Below, in pieces: positions 9,768 to 18,444 of a DNA stretch of 32,000 bases. The DNA lies in NCBI RefSeq assembly GCF_000025945.1, contig NC_006138.1, positions 2,970,001-3,002,000 on the forward strand. The letters run 5' to 3'. Position numbers and translations under genes: made by a program. Source of the DNA: Desulfotalea psychrophila LSv54 (GTDB taxonomy: Bacteria; Desulfobacterota; Desulfobulbia; Desulfobulbales; Desulfocapsaceae). The notes beneath the pieces are model-generated. The model ran no database searches. It had not been told where the DNA came from and was given only the letters and a program-made list of their open reading frames with translations. The first letter of the stretch is position 1. The number at the start of each line of letters is the position of its first letter.

Positions 9768-10216
9768 GCAGGTAAATACTTCACAAACAGAACATAACAG
9801 AAAAATCGACTCAACATTAAGACGATTATTCGAAAAAGACCCGCTAGTCAGATTCCCCGGCCAGCGTCACCAAGCTTTCTCCTCCCGAGCCTCCTCTTTT
9901 CTGGCAAAACATCTTATCCCAGAGGAATAAAAGGCCTTTTTGTAAAAAAAAGGTCCCCTACAGCATGAGAAGAACGGACAAGCAGAGGCGTTGCAGCATT
10001 GATTGTTTCTCACAATCCAGACAATTCAGAAGATTGTTCTCCCCGTACCCCTTGCAACTTTTTTTTGTTCTCCTCGCTTGACTTTCCCCCTACCTTCCTG
10101 TAAAATTGACTTTCTTAGTAAGTTTGTTTTATCGGTGATATCGTTTCAGTTTACTTCTCATAAAACACCATTACCGCCCAAACAGGTATTATCCTTTTTC
10201 TTTTACAGGAGAAAAC

Positions 10217-11359
10217 ATGTGTCGTTTAGCTTTAAAAACCGCAACTGAACCTTTTTCGCCCTATGAGGTTCTTGAAGCCATGGAGGCTATGCAGGAGGGT
10301 TACGACGGTTCCGGCCTTGGCCTGCTCCTTCGTGGTCTGCAGTTTGCGGACTTCAAATACAATTCAAAATACCCCATATTGTCCGGTATTGCCCACTCGG
10401 AAGAGGCATGGGCCCGGATGAATGATTTTATGGACGAACGTGGTTATGAACTTAAGTATGACCATCGCTTTGCCATGGACCCCAAATACGCACAGACCGA
10501 AGGTCGTTTTCGCTACTTCCTTCGTGCCTATCGCATGCCGGAACGCTTTAAAAATGCTAGCCAACAAGAGAAAGATGATGAACTACTTCTTACTCGACTT
10601 GCCCTCCGCCAAAATGGCGAGGCACATGGCAACGACTTAACCGCCTTCTCCTTTTGGCCCGATGTCGCGATAATCAAAGAGGTTGGCTGGCCCCTTGAAA
10701 TTGGCAACGCCCTTCGCCTCTATGATGGCCAGATAAAGTCCCGTATCTGCATGGCCCAGGGACGACAAAACACCAACTACGGCATTAACCTCTACGCCTG
10801 TCACCCCTTCTTTATTCAAGGCATTGCCACCATGACCAATGGCGAAAACACCGCCTTTGTGCCCATCCGTGAATGGCTCCAGGCCAGACAATTTCCAGGC
10901 TATGTTGGCTACCAAAGTGACTCTGAGGTTTTTGCCCATATACTGCACTACACCCTCAGAGAGCTCAAATTGCCGCTGGAGGCCTATAAGCATATCATCA
11001 CCCCACTCTCTGGACGAGAGCTGGACGTTCATCCGCAGGGTGATTTCCTTAAAGGACTCAAGCAAACCTGTAGACGCCTCATCATCGATGGCCCCAATGC
11101 TATCATTGGCACCCTGTCGGATGAGACCTGTCTCCTGGCAATGGATCAGAAAAAACTTCGACCTGCTACCGTTGGCGGCCGAGAAGGCGAATGGGCTATT
11201 GCCTCAGAACTCTGTGGCGTTGCTGCCATGGTGCCTGACCGTGACCCATCCCTTGATTTTCAACCTATGCGTGAACACACAATCATCGTCCCACCAGATA
11301 GAAAGGAGTTGAAGATATGGTCTCAACAGGATCCATTCCAGTTACCCCCACTAGCTTAA
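10217..11359 (+). CDS. Class II glutamine amidotransferase, glutamate synthase glutaminase domain as separate subunit
   Basis: 380 aa ORF beginning MCRLAL (Cys2 nucleophile) with ...DGSGLGLLLRG...GIAHSEEAWARMNDF...; immediately upstream of the other glutamate synthase domains. Confidence 0.85.
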   Translation: MCRLALKTATEPFSPYEVLEAMEAMQEGYDGSGLGLLLRGLQFADFKYNSKYPILSGIAHSEEAWARMNDFMDERGYELKYDHRFAMDPKYAQTEGRFRYFLRAYRMPERFKNASQQEKDDELLLTRLALRQNGEAHGNDLTAFSFWPDVAIIKEVGWPLEIGNALRLYDGQIKSRICMAQGRQNTNYGINLYACHPFFIQGIATMTNGENTAFVPIREWLQARQFPGYVGYQSDSEVFAHILHYTLRELKLPLEAYKHIITPLSGRELDVHPQGDFLKGLKQTCRRLIIDGPNAIIGTLSDETCLLAMDQKKLRPATVGGREGEWAIASELCGVAAMVPDRDPSLDFQPMREHTIIVPPDRKELKIWSQQDPFQLPPLA

Positions 11360-12957
11360 CATACAGCGATCTCCCGTGGATTATTGAGCACAGAGAGGAT
11401 AGATGTACCCTCTGTGGAAAATGCACAACTATATGCCCAAAGGGTGCTATCAGCCTGAGCTATAGACGTCAACGTTTACCCAAGCTCGATGTTTTCAGTA
11501 AAAAACGCTCCAGTGACTATCGCACCTTCACCGGTATTCGCCAGAGCACCGATCTTGCCCATGCCTGCATTGGCTGCGGCATGTGCGCCATGGTCTGCCC
11601 CAACGAGGCCATAACACCGGTCGCAAACGACAACGAACACCGCAGCCAGTTCTTCCACAATATAAATGGAGAACCATATAAACGCGGTGGACGCCGCAAT
11701 ATAAGCGGAGCTACCCTGCTTGACCGTATCATGTTCAACCGAATTTCCATGCTTACCGATCCCGCCCTGGACGCAGGCAGACATGAGTTCAACGTAACCA
11801 CTACTCTTGGTCGGGTCTTGGCCCCCAAGGAGTTCCTTGATCGTACCCGCAAGGGTGAATGGATACCTCCCACCAGGGAGATATTCCCCTTTGTCATTGG
11901 TTCCATGTCCTTTGGTGCTCTCTCACCGAATATGTGGCTTGGCTTGCTCCAGGGCGTTGCCTACTGCAATGAAGTCCTGGGAATTCCAGTCGTTATGTGT
12001 ACCGGCGAGGGTGGTTGCCCTCCATGGGTACTGAGAAGCCCATACCTCAAGTATATTATCCTGCAAATCGCCTCCGGTTATTTTGGTTGGGATGAAATCA
12101 TCCGTGCCATTCCGGAAATGGAGTGCATGCCAGCAGCAATTGAGATCAAATATGGACAGGGAGCAAAACCCGGTGACGGCGGACTGCTTATGGGACATAA
12201 GGTAAGTCAGCTCATCTCCCGACTACGTGGTGTACCTCAGGGCGTTGATCTACCTTCACCTCCAGTACATCAAACCCTGTACTCCATTGAAGAAAGTGTT
12301 ATGAAGATGATTCAAACACTCTCCACCGCATTTGATCACAAGGTACCGGTATACCCTAAGATTTCAGCCTCCACCTCGGCAAAATCCGTGCTCAACAACC
12401 TGGTGCGTAACCCCTATGCTGCCGGACTTACCATCGATGGCATTGACGGCGGAACCGGTGCAGCCTATGACGTTTCCATGCATGCAACAGGACACCCTAT
12501 CGCCTCCTGCGTACGTGAATGTTATCTCGAGTTGGCCAAGCAGGGAAAACAGAACGAAATTCCTATATTTGCAGCAGGTGGTATCGGCAAAAACGGCAAT
12601 GTTGCCCAAAACGGTATGGCCCTGATAATGCTTGGTGCATCGGGCGTTCATATTGGCAAGTATATCATGCAGGCCGCAGCCGGCTGTCTCGGTAACGAAA
12701 AAAACCGTTGCAACGTATGTAATCTTGGTATCTGTCCAAAGGGAATCACAAGCCAGAATCCAAAGCTCTACCGAAGACTTGACCCCGATAAGGTGGCCGA
12801 GAGAGTAGCCGAGGTATTCTGCTCCATCAATACCGAGGTCAAAAAAATCATGGCTCCTCTTGGTAGATCGCAAAGTCTTCCTATTGGTATGTCAGATGCC
12901 CTTGGTATTGCCGACAAGGCAGCGGCAGATAGACTCAACATAAAATACGTTTGCTAA
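11317..12957 (+). CDS. Glutamate synthase large-subunit-like FMN/TIM-barrel domain with N-terminal ferredoxin domain
   Basis: 546 aa ORF: two CxxCxxCxxxCP motifs (CTLCGKCTTICPKGAI; CIGCGMCAMVCPNEAI), then FVIGSMSFGALSP...GEGGCPPWVLRSPYLKYIILQIASGYFG...IEIKYGQGAKPGDGGLLMGHKV...PVYPKISAS...NPYAAGLTIDGIDGGTGAAYDVSM. Confidence 0.93.
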   Translation: MVSTGSIPVTPTSLTYSDLPWIIEHREDRCTLCGKCTTICPKGAISLSYRRQRLPKLDVFSKKRSSDYRTFTGIRQSTDLAHACIGCGMCAMVCPNEAITPVANDNEHRSQFFHNINGEPYKRGGRRNISGATLLDRIMFNRISMLTDPALDAGRHEFNVTTTLGRVLAPKEFLDRTRKGEWIPPTREIFPFVIGSMSFGALSPNMWLGLLQGVAYCNEVLGIPVVMCTGEGGCPPWVLRSPYLKYIILQIASGYFGWDEIIRAIPEMECMPAAIEIKYGQGAKPGDGGLLMGHKVSQLISRLRGVPQGVDLPSPPVHQTLYSIEESVMKMIQTLSTAFDHKVPVYPKISASTSAKSVLNNLVRNPYAAGLTIDGIDGGTGAAYDVSMHATGHPIASCVRECYLELAKQGKQNEIPIFAAGGIGKNGNVAQNGMALIMLGASGVHIGKYIMQAAAGCLGNEKNRCNVCNLGICPKGITSQNPKLYRRLDPDKVAERVAEVFCSINTEVKKIMAPLGRSQSLPIGMSDALGIADKAAADRLNIKYVC

Positions 12958-13013
12958 AACGATAGCTGATATGTCAGATATTATTTCCAATCTTATGACA
13001 TAAGGAGTTTTCA

Positions 13014-15341
13014 GTGACAAGAACTGTGATAAACGGCCTCGATGAAAACGGTCGTCGAATAAGCTCTATGGAGTTTGAGAAAATGGTCCGGGCTGCTGCC
13101 AGCAGCTCAGCCAATATCCATCTCAACTCCTACGGGCAACATAATATAGGTATTAGATTAGAGCACAAAGAGGGACTCAACATCACCGTTGAAGGCCCTT
13201 CTGGACAGCGTCTTGGTTGCATGGGACTTCCCGGCACCAAGATTGTCTGTAAGGGCGCCACCTCCGATGATGTCGGCTACCTGAATATTGGTGCTGAAAT
13301 CACCGTCCTCGGTGACGCCACCAACGGTGCCTGTAATGCCATGGCCATGGGCAAGGTCTATATTGGTGGCTCCATTGGTGCCCGTGGTCTGACCATGACC
13401 AAGTGGAACCCGGAGTATGAAAAACCTGAACTGTGGGTACTTGGCTCCACCGGCGATTCTTTTGCCGAATTCAACTGTGGTGGTATTGCTGTCGTCTGTG
13501 GCATCAAGCCCAAAACCCCGAAAAATATACTCGGCTATCGACCATGTGTCGGAATGGTTGGCGGCTCGATCTACTTCCGTGGACCAATAGATGACTCTTA
13601 CTCAAGACTTAATGCCAAGCTCTGCAAACTAGATGACCAGCAATGGCAGTGGCTCCTTGAAAATATGCCGACCTTTCTCGGCAATATCCAAAGAGAAGAT
13701 CTTAGTGAAGAACTCACCATCCGGGAAGATTGGCATGTCCTGAGCTCCATTACCACCCAAGAGCGGGCTCTTATGTGGGCAGGTCCCATGCCCATGGCAG
13801 AATTTCGCCGTGAACACTGGGATAAAACCTTTGGCGGTGACCCCCTACGTGATATTGCCCCTGGCCTTGACCGTAGTCCCATTAATGCCATCACCACCGG
13901 AGAACTTCGTCGCAAAAAGCCCTACTGGGCCAACAACGAATATTCTGCTCCCTGCACATACTACTGTCCAATTCACATTCCAACCGTGGAACGCCTGCGT
14001 CTTCTCCGAGAGGGAAGGGCAGATGAGGCCTACGAACTACTGCTCCGCTACACGCCTCTTCCCGCCTCTGTCTGCGGCGCTATTTGTCCTAACCAGTGCA
14101 TTCAGAATTGTTCAAGAAAAGGTGTTGATGAGGCCATTGACACCCAAATTCTTGGTCGGGCAGCTGGACATTTTCCGGCGCCTAAACCAGCAGCTGCCAC
14201 AGGCAAAAGAGTTGCCATCATTGGTGGTGGCCCCGGCGGCATGAATGCAGCATGGCAACTTGCCCTTAAAGGTATTGAGGCCCATATCTTTGAGCAAGAT
14301 GACAAACTCGGCGGCAAGCTGGCAGGAGTAATCCCCTGGGAGCGCCTGCCACAGGCAACATGGCAGTATGAAATCGATCGTTTCACCTCCATGGAGGGGA
14401 TCGAACTGCACCTGAATACCACCATGACCAAGGGAAAGTTTGCCGAGCTGCAAAGAGATTATGACTACGTTATCGTAGCCGTAGGAACCCACGAGCCACG
14501 AAGCATTCCATTTCCAGGACATGAGAAGGTGATCCCGGCCCTCCACTTCTTAAAGGATGCCAAAAACGCCAGCCACCCTCCACAGGTAGGCAGAGAAGTC
14601 GTGATCATCGGCGCAGGCAATGTCGGCTGTGATGTAGCCTGTGAGGCCTATCGCCTCGGCGCGGAAAAGGTTACCCTGATAGATATCCAAAAGCCGCTGG
14701 CCTTTGGTAACGAAAAAGAGGCAGCCGAAGCACTGGGCGCTCAATTTCGTTGGCCAATAACCACAAAGGAGGTAACGGATCAGGGTATTATCACCACGGA
14801 TGGCGAACTGATACCTGCTCAGACCGTTATTGTCTCTATTGGTGATGTTCCCGCCCTCTCCTTCCTGCCGGATTCCGTGGAGACCATGACCGTTGGTGGC
14901 GCAGATTGGGTAACCACCAACGAGGCATATGTTACCTCAAACAAGAAGGTACTTGCCGTAGGCGATGTAAAACGACCAGGGCTTGCAACCAACGCCTTGG
15001 GTGCTGGCAAAGACGCCGCAGAGTACATTCTTGCCACCGAAAAAGGCGAGAAGTGGGAGCCCTTCAGCAAACCACTCATTGCCCAATCCGCCCTGACCAT
15101 CACTCATTACGCGCCGATAGCAAAGGAAGCAACAGAGGCAAATCAGGCCGACCGTTGTCTCTCCTGTGCCTCCTGCCGTGATTGCCATCTCTGTGAAACC
15201 ATCTGTCCAGAGGGTGCCATTTCACGGGAAGATCTGGGCAACGGAGAGTATCGCTATGTCTCCAACGACGATAAATGTATCGCCTGTGGTTTTTGCGCCG
15301 ACACCTGTCCCTGTGGTATCTGGGTCATGAACCCCTACTAG
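13014..15341 (+). CDS. Fusion: glutamate synthase GXGXG (alpha-subunit C-terminal) domain + GltD-like NAD(P)/FAD oxidoreductase + 2x[4Fe-4S] ferredoxin
   Basis: 775 aa ORF: ...GCMGLPGTKIVCKGATSDDVGYLNIGAEITVLGDATNGACNAMAMGKVYIGGSIGARG (GXGXG); then APCTYYCPIHIPTVERL...ICPNQCIQNC...KRVAIIGGGPGGMNAAWQLA...VVIIGAGNVGCDVA; then CLSCASCRDCHLCETICPEGAI and CIACGFCADTCPCGIW. Confidence 0.93.
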   Translation: MTRTVINGLDENGRRISSMEFEKMVRAAASSSANIHLNSYGQHNIGIRLEHKEGLNITVEGPSGQRLGCMGLPGTKIVCKGATSDDVGYLNIGAEITVLGDATNGACNAMAMGKVYIGGSIGARGLTMTKWNPEYEKPELWVLGSTGDSFAEFNCGGIAVVCGIKPKTPKNILGYRPCVGMVGGSIYFRGPIDDSYSRLNAKLCKLDDQQWQWLLENMPTFLGNIQREDLSEELTIREDWHVLSSITTQERALMWAGPMPMAEFRREHWDKTFGGDPLRDIAPGLDRSPINAITTGELRRKKPYWANNEYSAPCTYYCPIHIPTVERLRLLREGRADEAYELLLRYTPLPASVCGAICPNQCIQNCSRKGVDEAIDTQILGRAAGHFPAPKPAAATGKRVAIIGGGPGGMNAAWQLALKGIEAHIFEQDDKLGGKLAGVIPWERLPQATWQYEIDRFTSMEGIELHLNTTMTKGKFAELQRDYDYVIVAVGTHEPRSIPFPGHEKVIPALHFLKDAKNASHPPQVGREVVIIGAGNVGCDVACEAYRLGAEKVTLIDIQKPLAFGNEKEAAEALGAQFRWPITTKEVTDQGIITTDGELIPAQTVIVSIGDVPALSFLPDSVETMTVGGADWVTTNEAYVTSNKKVLAVGDVKRPGLATNALGAGKDAAEYILATEKGEKWEPFSKPLIAQSALTITHYAPIAKEATEANQADRCLSCASCRDCHLCETICPEGAISREDLGNGEYRYVSNDDKCIACGFCADTCPCGIWVMNPY

Positions 15342-15353
15342 AGTTCAGCCGAC

Positions 15354-15387
15354 AAAGAGGGCTCGGCGTAGACGGCGAGCCCTCTTT
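15354..15387 (+). terminator. Intrinsic terminator after the glutamate synthase-like genes
   Basis: AAAGAGGGCTCG (15354-15365) / CGAGCCCTCTTT (15376-15387), perfect 12-bp stem, 10-nt loop. Confidence 0.75.
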
Positions 15388-15416
15388 CCCCCTCCCACCT
15401 TCTTCCCTCTCACAAA

Positions 15417-15435
15417 AGTCACTTTCATAGTGACT
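15417..15435. repeat. Small inverted repeat upstream of the P-loop/PPP gene
   Basis: AGTCACT (15417-15423) / AGTGACT (15429-15435), 7-bp arms, 5-nt loop. Confidence 0.4.
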
Positions 15436-15525
15436 CAAACTGCTGTATACTCGCCATAGCTATCAAGCGGTAATTCAAAAAAATCGCCTGTTATCATTTA
15501 ATTAAAATTTACCTTTCATGGTTAT

Positions 15526-17292
15526 ATGGCAATGATTGACCCCCTACGTAAGATCCTGACCCCCCTCAAAGAGACACAAAATATTCGTGGTGTTGAGCTC
15601 CCCATCGGTTTGGAATTTCTCCAGCTCGTTGTTACCGGCCCCCCCGGTGCCGGCAAATCGTATTACATTGACCAGATAGGCGGTTGGCCCAACGAGGGCT
15701 ATATAGATCTCACCCATAAGGGTTGGTGGAAAGGGCAATCCCTCACCTATCGACCACGGGAGGTGCATCTGGGAATCCCCTTCAAGGGCTATAAAGAGGC
15801 CATAACCGTTTTTGACCGGGAATGGCTCGATGCCCCCACCCCTCCACGGCTGGACCTGTCACGCATAAAACTCCCCCCTGCCCAGGATGGTCTCTTTGTT
15901 ACCAACTGGAACGACAGATATATTTTTGAATTTCTTATCCCCGATGCAGCGACCGTCTACGCCCAGAGAACAGGCCGACAAGACGAGGGATATTTCCCGG
16001 TAGATGACGATCTCACCCTTTCCATGGTCGAAGAACAACTGCTGGTATATCAGGAGGTGGCTCACTATCTCCATAGGGCAGGAATGCACGTCTATGTACG
16101 CAAAGGTCTCAACTCACCGCCAATGATCATTGTAGAAAAGGGAAGTGGTACGGTTCCCTTCTGGTCTGTTGAGAAGAAGGTGGAGCGCCCCAGCCTACGC
16201 ACCCTCGCCGGTTGGCGCTATCTACTGCTTCACCACAGACCCATCAATTGGTTGCATATTAGCCATGAGAACAAACTCTTAACCAAGTCCGGCAGAATTG
16301 CCCACGATGGTCGCGGTTTTAAACTCCTCCTTGGCAAACAGTCTCTCTACTTTCAACCCGAAATCCCCCTGGGAATCTCTAAAAAAGAACTGACCAAGAA
16401 CTGGACCTTTAGCAGCAGCCTCCACTGCTCCGCGCCCAACAGCCCCGCTTTTTTGCGTTTGTGTGTAGGGGAGACCGCCATCCTGGGACGCCTTAACCAA
16501 GCCCTCACTGACATTGTCCAACTGGATAAATCTGTAGCAGGACGGCATGTCAGCGTTTCTAACATCAAGGGAGATCTCGTTCTCACCCCCCTTGATAATA
16601 CGGCAACAACATCCATTCGGCGCCTAAACGACCTTGACCATCGGGAAAAACTGGAAAGCAACCGCTATGCCTCCTTTATCGCTCTTCGCAAGCTGATGGA
16701 GGGTCCCATCCAGGAGCTGGATACAGAGAGAGCCCTGAGCGACCTACAACAGATTAATAAAATTTTGGCAGGAGAAAGCTCCCGCCCCATCAATAAAAAC
16801 GGTGAGCCGGGAGGCATCCTGGACCTCACAGAGGATGCCAACGCCATCATTGTCGGCGACCTCCATGGCCAGGTGGACAATTTTCTTAAAATTCTCACCG
16901 AAAACTGTATTATCCATAATCTGAGAAAACGGCGCTCCACCCTGATTATTCTGGGAGATGCCATCCACTCCGAGATTGCAGGCGAGATGGAAGATATGAC
17001 CAGCAGTGTCCTACTCATGGATATAATACTTCGTCTCAAACTGGCCTATCCCAAAAATGTCCACTATATTCGGGGTAATCACGATAGTTTTGATGCCACC
17101 ATCAGCAAGAATGGAATATCTCAGGGGCTACTCCACAAGGAGCATCTCCTTAAGATCCGTGGCTTGGAATACGTAAATGCCATGAACGCCTTTTGGCAGC
17201 AGATTCCCTATATCGTCCGCTCACCAATTTTTTCCGCCTGCCATGCAGGACCGCCCCTGACTGAATGCCCGAAAATGATCTTATTAATGTAA
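15526..17292 (+). CDS. Composite protein: N-terminal P-loop NTPase/kinase-like domain, FHA-like region, C-terminal PPP-type metallophosphatase (reading frame ends early by frameshift)
   Basis: 588 aa ORF: Walker A VVTGPPGAGKSYYIDQIGGW; FHA-like LCVGETAILGRLNQALTDIVQLDKSVAGRHVSVSNIKGDLVLTPLDNTATTSI; PPP motifs IIVGDLHGQVDNF, LIILGDAIHSE, VHYIRGNHDSF, SACHAGPP. Homology is read from motifs only. Confidence 0.8.
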   Translation: MAMIDPLRKILTPLKETQNIRGVELPIGLEFLQLVVTGPPGAGKSYYIDQIGGWPNEGYIDLTHKGWWKGQSLTYRPREVHLGIPFKGYKEAITVFDREWLDAPTPPRLDLSRIKLPPAQDGLFVTNWNDRYIFEFLIPDAATVYAQRTGRQDEGYFPVDDDLTLSMVEEQLLVYQEVAHYLHRAGMHVYVRKGLNSPPMIIVEKGSGTVPFWSVEKKVERPSLRTLAGWRYLLLHHRPINWLHISHENKLLTKSGRIAHDGRGFKLLLGKQSLYFQPEIPLGISKKELTKNWTFSSSLHCSAPNSPAFLRLCVGETAILGRLNQALTDIVQLDKSVAGRHVSVSNIKGDLVLTPLDNTATTSIRRLNDLDHREKLESNRYASFIALRKLMEGPIQELDTERALSDLQQINKILAGESSRPINKNGEPGGILDLTEDANAIIVGDLHGQVDNFLKILTENCIIHNLRKRRSTLIILGDAIHSEIAGEMEDMTSSVLLMDIILRLKLAYPKNVHYIRGNHDSFDATISKNGISQGLLHKEHLLKIRGLEYVNAMNAFWQQIPYIVRSPIFSACHAGPPLTECPKMILLM

Positions 17293-17612
17293 GATACAGA
17301 GCGGATCTGGCAAAAGAGCTCACCTCTAACCGGGTAGAGCGACCAGGGAGTATGAATGGCTACAATAAAAATGACATAAAACGTTTTCGCAAACTGCTGG
17401 ATCTTGGCTCCAGAACAGCTGTTATTGTTGGCCATACCCCCCTTGACCCCTTTGCCAGTGTATGGACAGATGCGGGCACAATCAGAAGTCATCATATTGT
17501 TTATAGCGGACATAATCAGGGGCCATCAATATTTACCCAGTCTACAGGAAAAATGATCCAGGTCAGCTACCCCTATGAACCATTAATAAAATTAATAAAT
17601 AAGATTCGCTAA
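17265..17612 (+). pseudogene. Out-of-frame C-terminal remainder of the PPP-type phosphatase domain
   Basis: Frame -1 relative to the preceding ORF: NDLINVRYRADLAKELTSNRVERPG...KLLDLGSRTAVIVGHTPLDPFASVWTDAGTIRSHHIVYSGHNQGPSIFTQSTGKMIQVSYPYEP. It supplies the missing C-terminal VxGHTP metal-ligand motif. Confidence 0.75.
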
Positions 17613-17745
17613 TATATTGACAGGTAGTTATAGAGAGACAGATAATACGGTTATTTTCTTGACAGCCTTACTGTCATACAATAAAAACCGTGGAAATCTG
17701 TTTTTATTAATCCCTATCGAACTAATAAAAGTAAGGTATTATATT

Positions 17746-18432
17746 ATGGCTCTTTTACCAACCAGTGCCCTCTCGGGACTCCTTCGCGGTTCGCCGTTTA
17801 AACCTATTCAGGAACATATGAGAGTAGTATTTTCCTGCGTTTGCCAGATACCACCATTATTTGATGCCCTATATCACAAAGATGACGTTCAGCTCTCCAT
17901 ATTTGCTGAAAAAATAATTAATCTTGAGACCGAAGCGGATAAACTCAAAAGCAAGTTTCGTCTCAATATGCCTAAATCGCTCCTGCTTCCAGTTGATCGT
18001 AAAGATCTTCTCGGTCTCATCAGTGATCAAGATGCAATTGCAGATACAACGGAGGAAATTGCCCAAATACTGCTCTACCGAGATATGACGGTACCAGAAG
18101 AATTGAAGGTGCTCCTTGACGAACTCCTTGAGGCCACCATAGAAATTTCCTCCGACGCAAAGGCCATCATCGAACAACTCGACGAACTCCTGGAAGTAGG
18201 TTTTGGCGGAAGAGAATTTGATAAAGTTACAAGGATGATCGCTGGCGTTCGACGTGGCGAACATAATATTGATAACATACTACACAGATCTAGACGTGCC
18301 CTTTTTGAAGTAGAAAATAGCCTTGACCCTGTCTCGGTTATGTTCTGGTATGAGATTCTTGGTTTACTCGGTAAGATTTCCGATTTAGCCGAGAACCTTG
18401 GCGACCGCCTGCTTCTATTCATGTCTAAATAA
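17746..18432 (+). CDS. DUF47 family PhoU-like putative phosphate transport regulator
   Basis: The ORF in the track starts at 17617, but the internal ATG at 17746, preceded by GTAAGG, gives the family-typical start MALLPTSALSGLLRGSPFKPIQEHMRVV; helical protein with ...LETEADKLKSKFRLNMPKSLLLPVDRKDLLGLISDQDAIADTTEEIAQI. Immediately upstream of PiT permease. Confidence 0.88.
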   Translation: MALLPTSALSGLLRGSPFKPIQEHMRVVFSCVCQIPPLFDALYHKDDVQLSIFAEKIINLETEADKLKSKFRLNMPKSLLLPVDRKDLLGLISDQDAIADTTEEIAQILLYRDMTVPEELKVLLDELLEATIEISSDAKAIIEQLDELLEVGFGGREFDKVTRMIAGVRRGEHNIDNILHRSRRALFEVENSLDPVSVMFWYEILGLLGKISDLAENLGDRLLLFMSK

Positions 18433-18444
18433 TCTGGGGGAAAT

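Noticed and set aside
10637-11065. 142 aa minus-strand ORF and the other ORFs opposite the glutamate synthase genes (including 12364..12873, 14112..14546)
   Set aside because: Shadow ORFs opposite strongly conserved coding sequence; no independent motifs.
17255-17295. Programmed -1 ribosomal frameshift as explanation for the split phosphatase ORF
   Set aside because: No canonical slippery heptamer in frame and no obvious downstream stem-loop seen; indel or sequencing error in the A-run is simpler.
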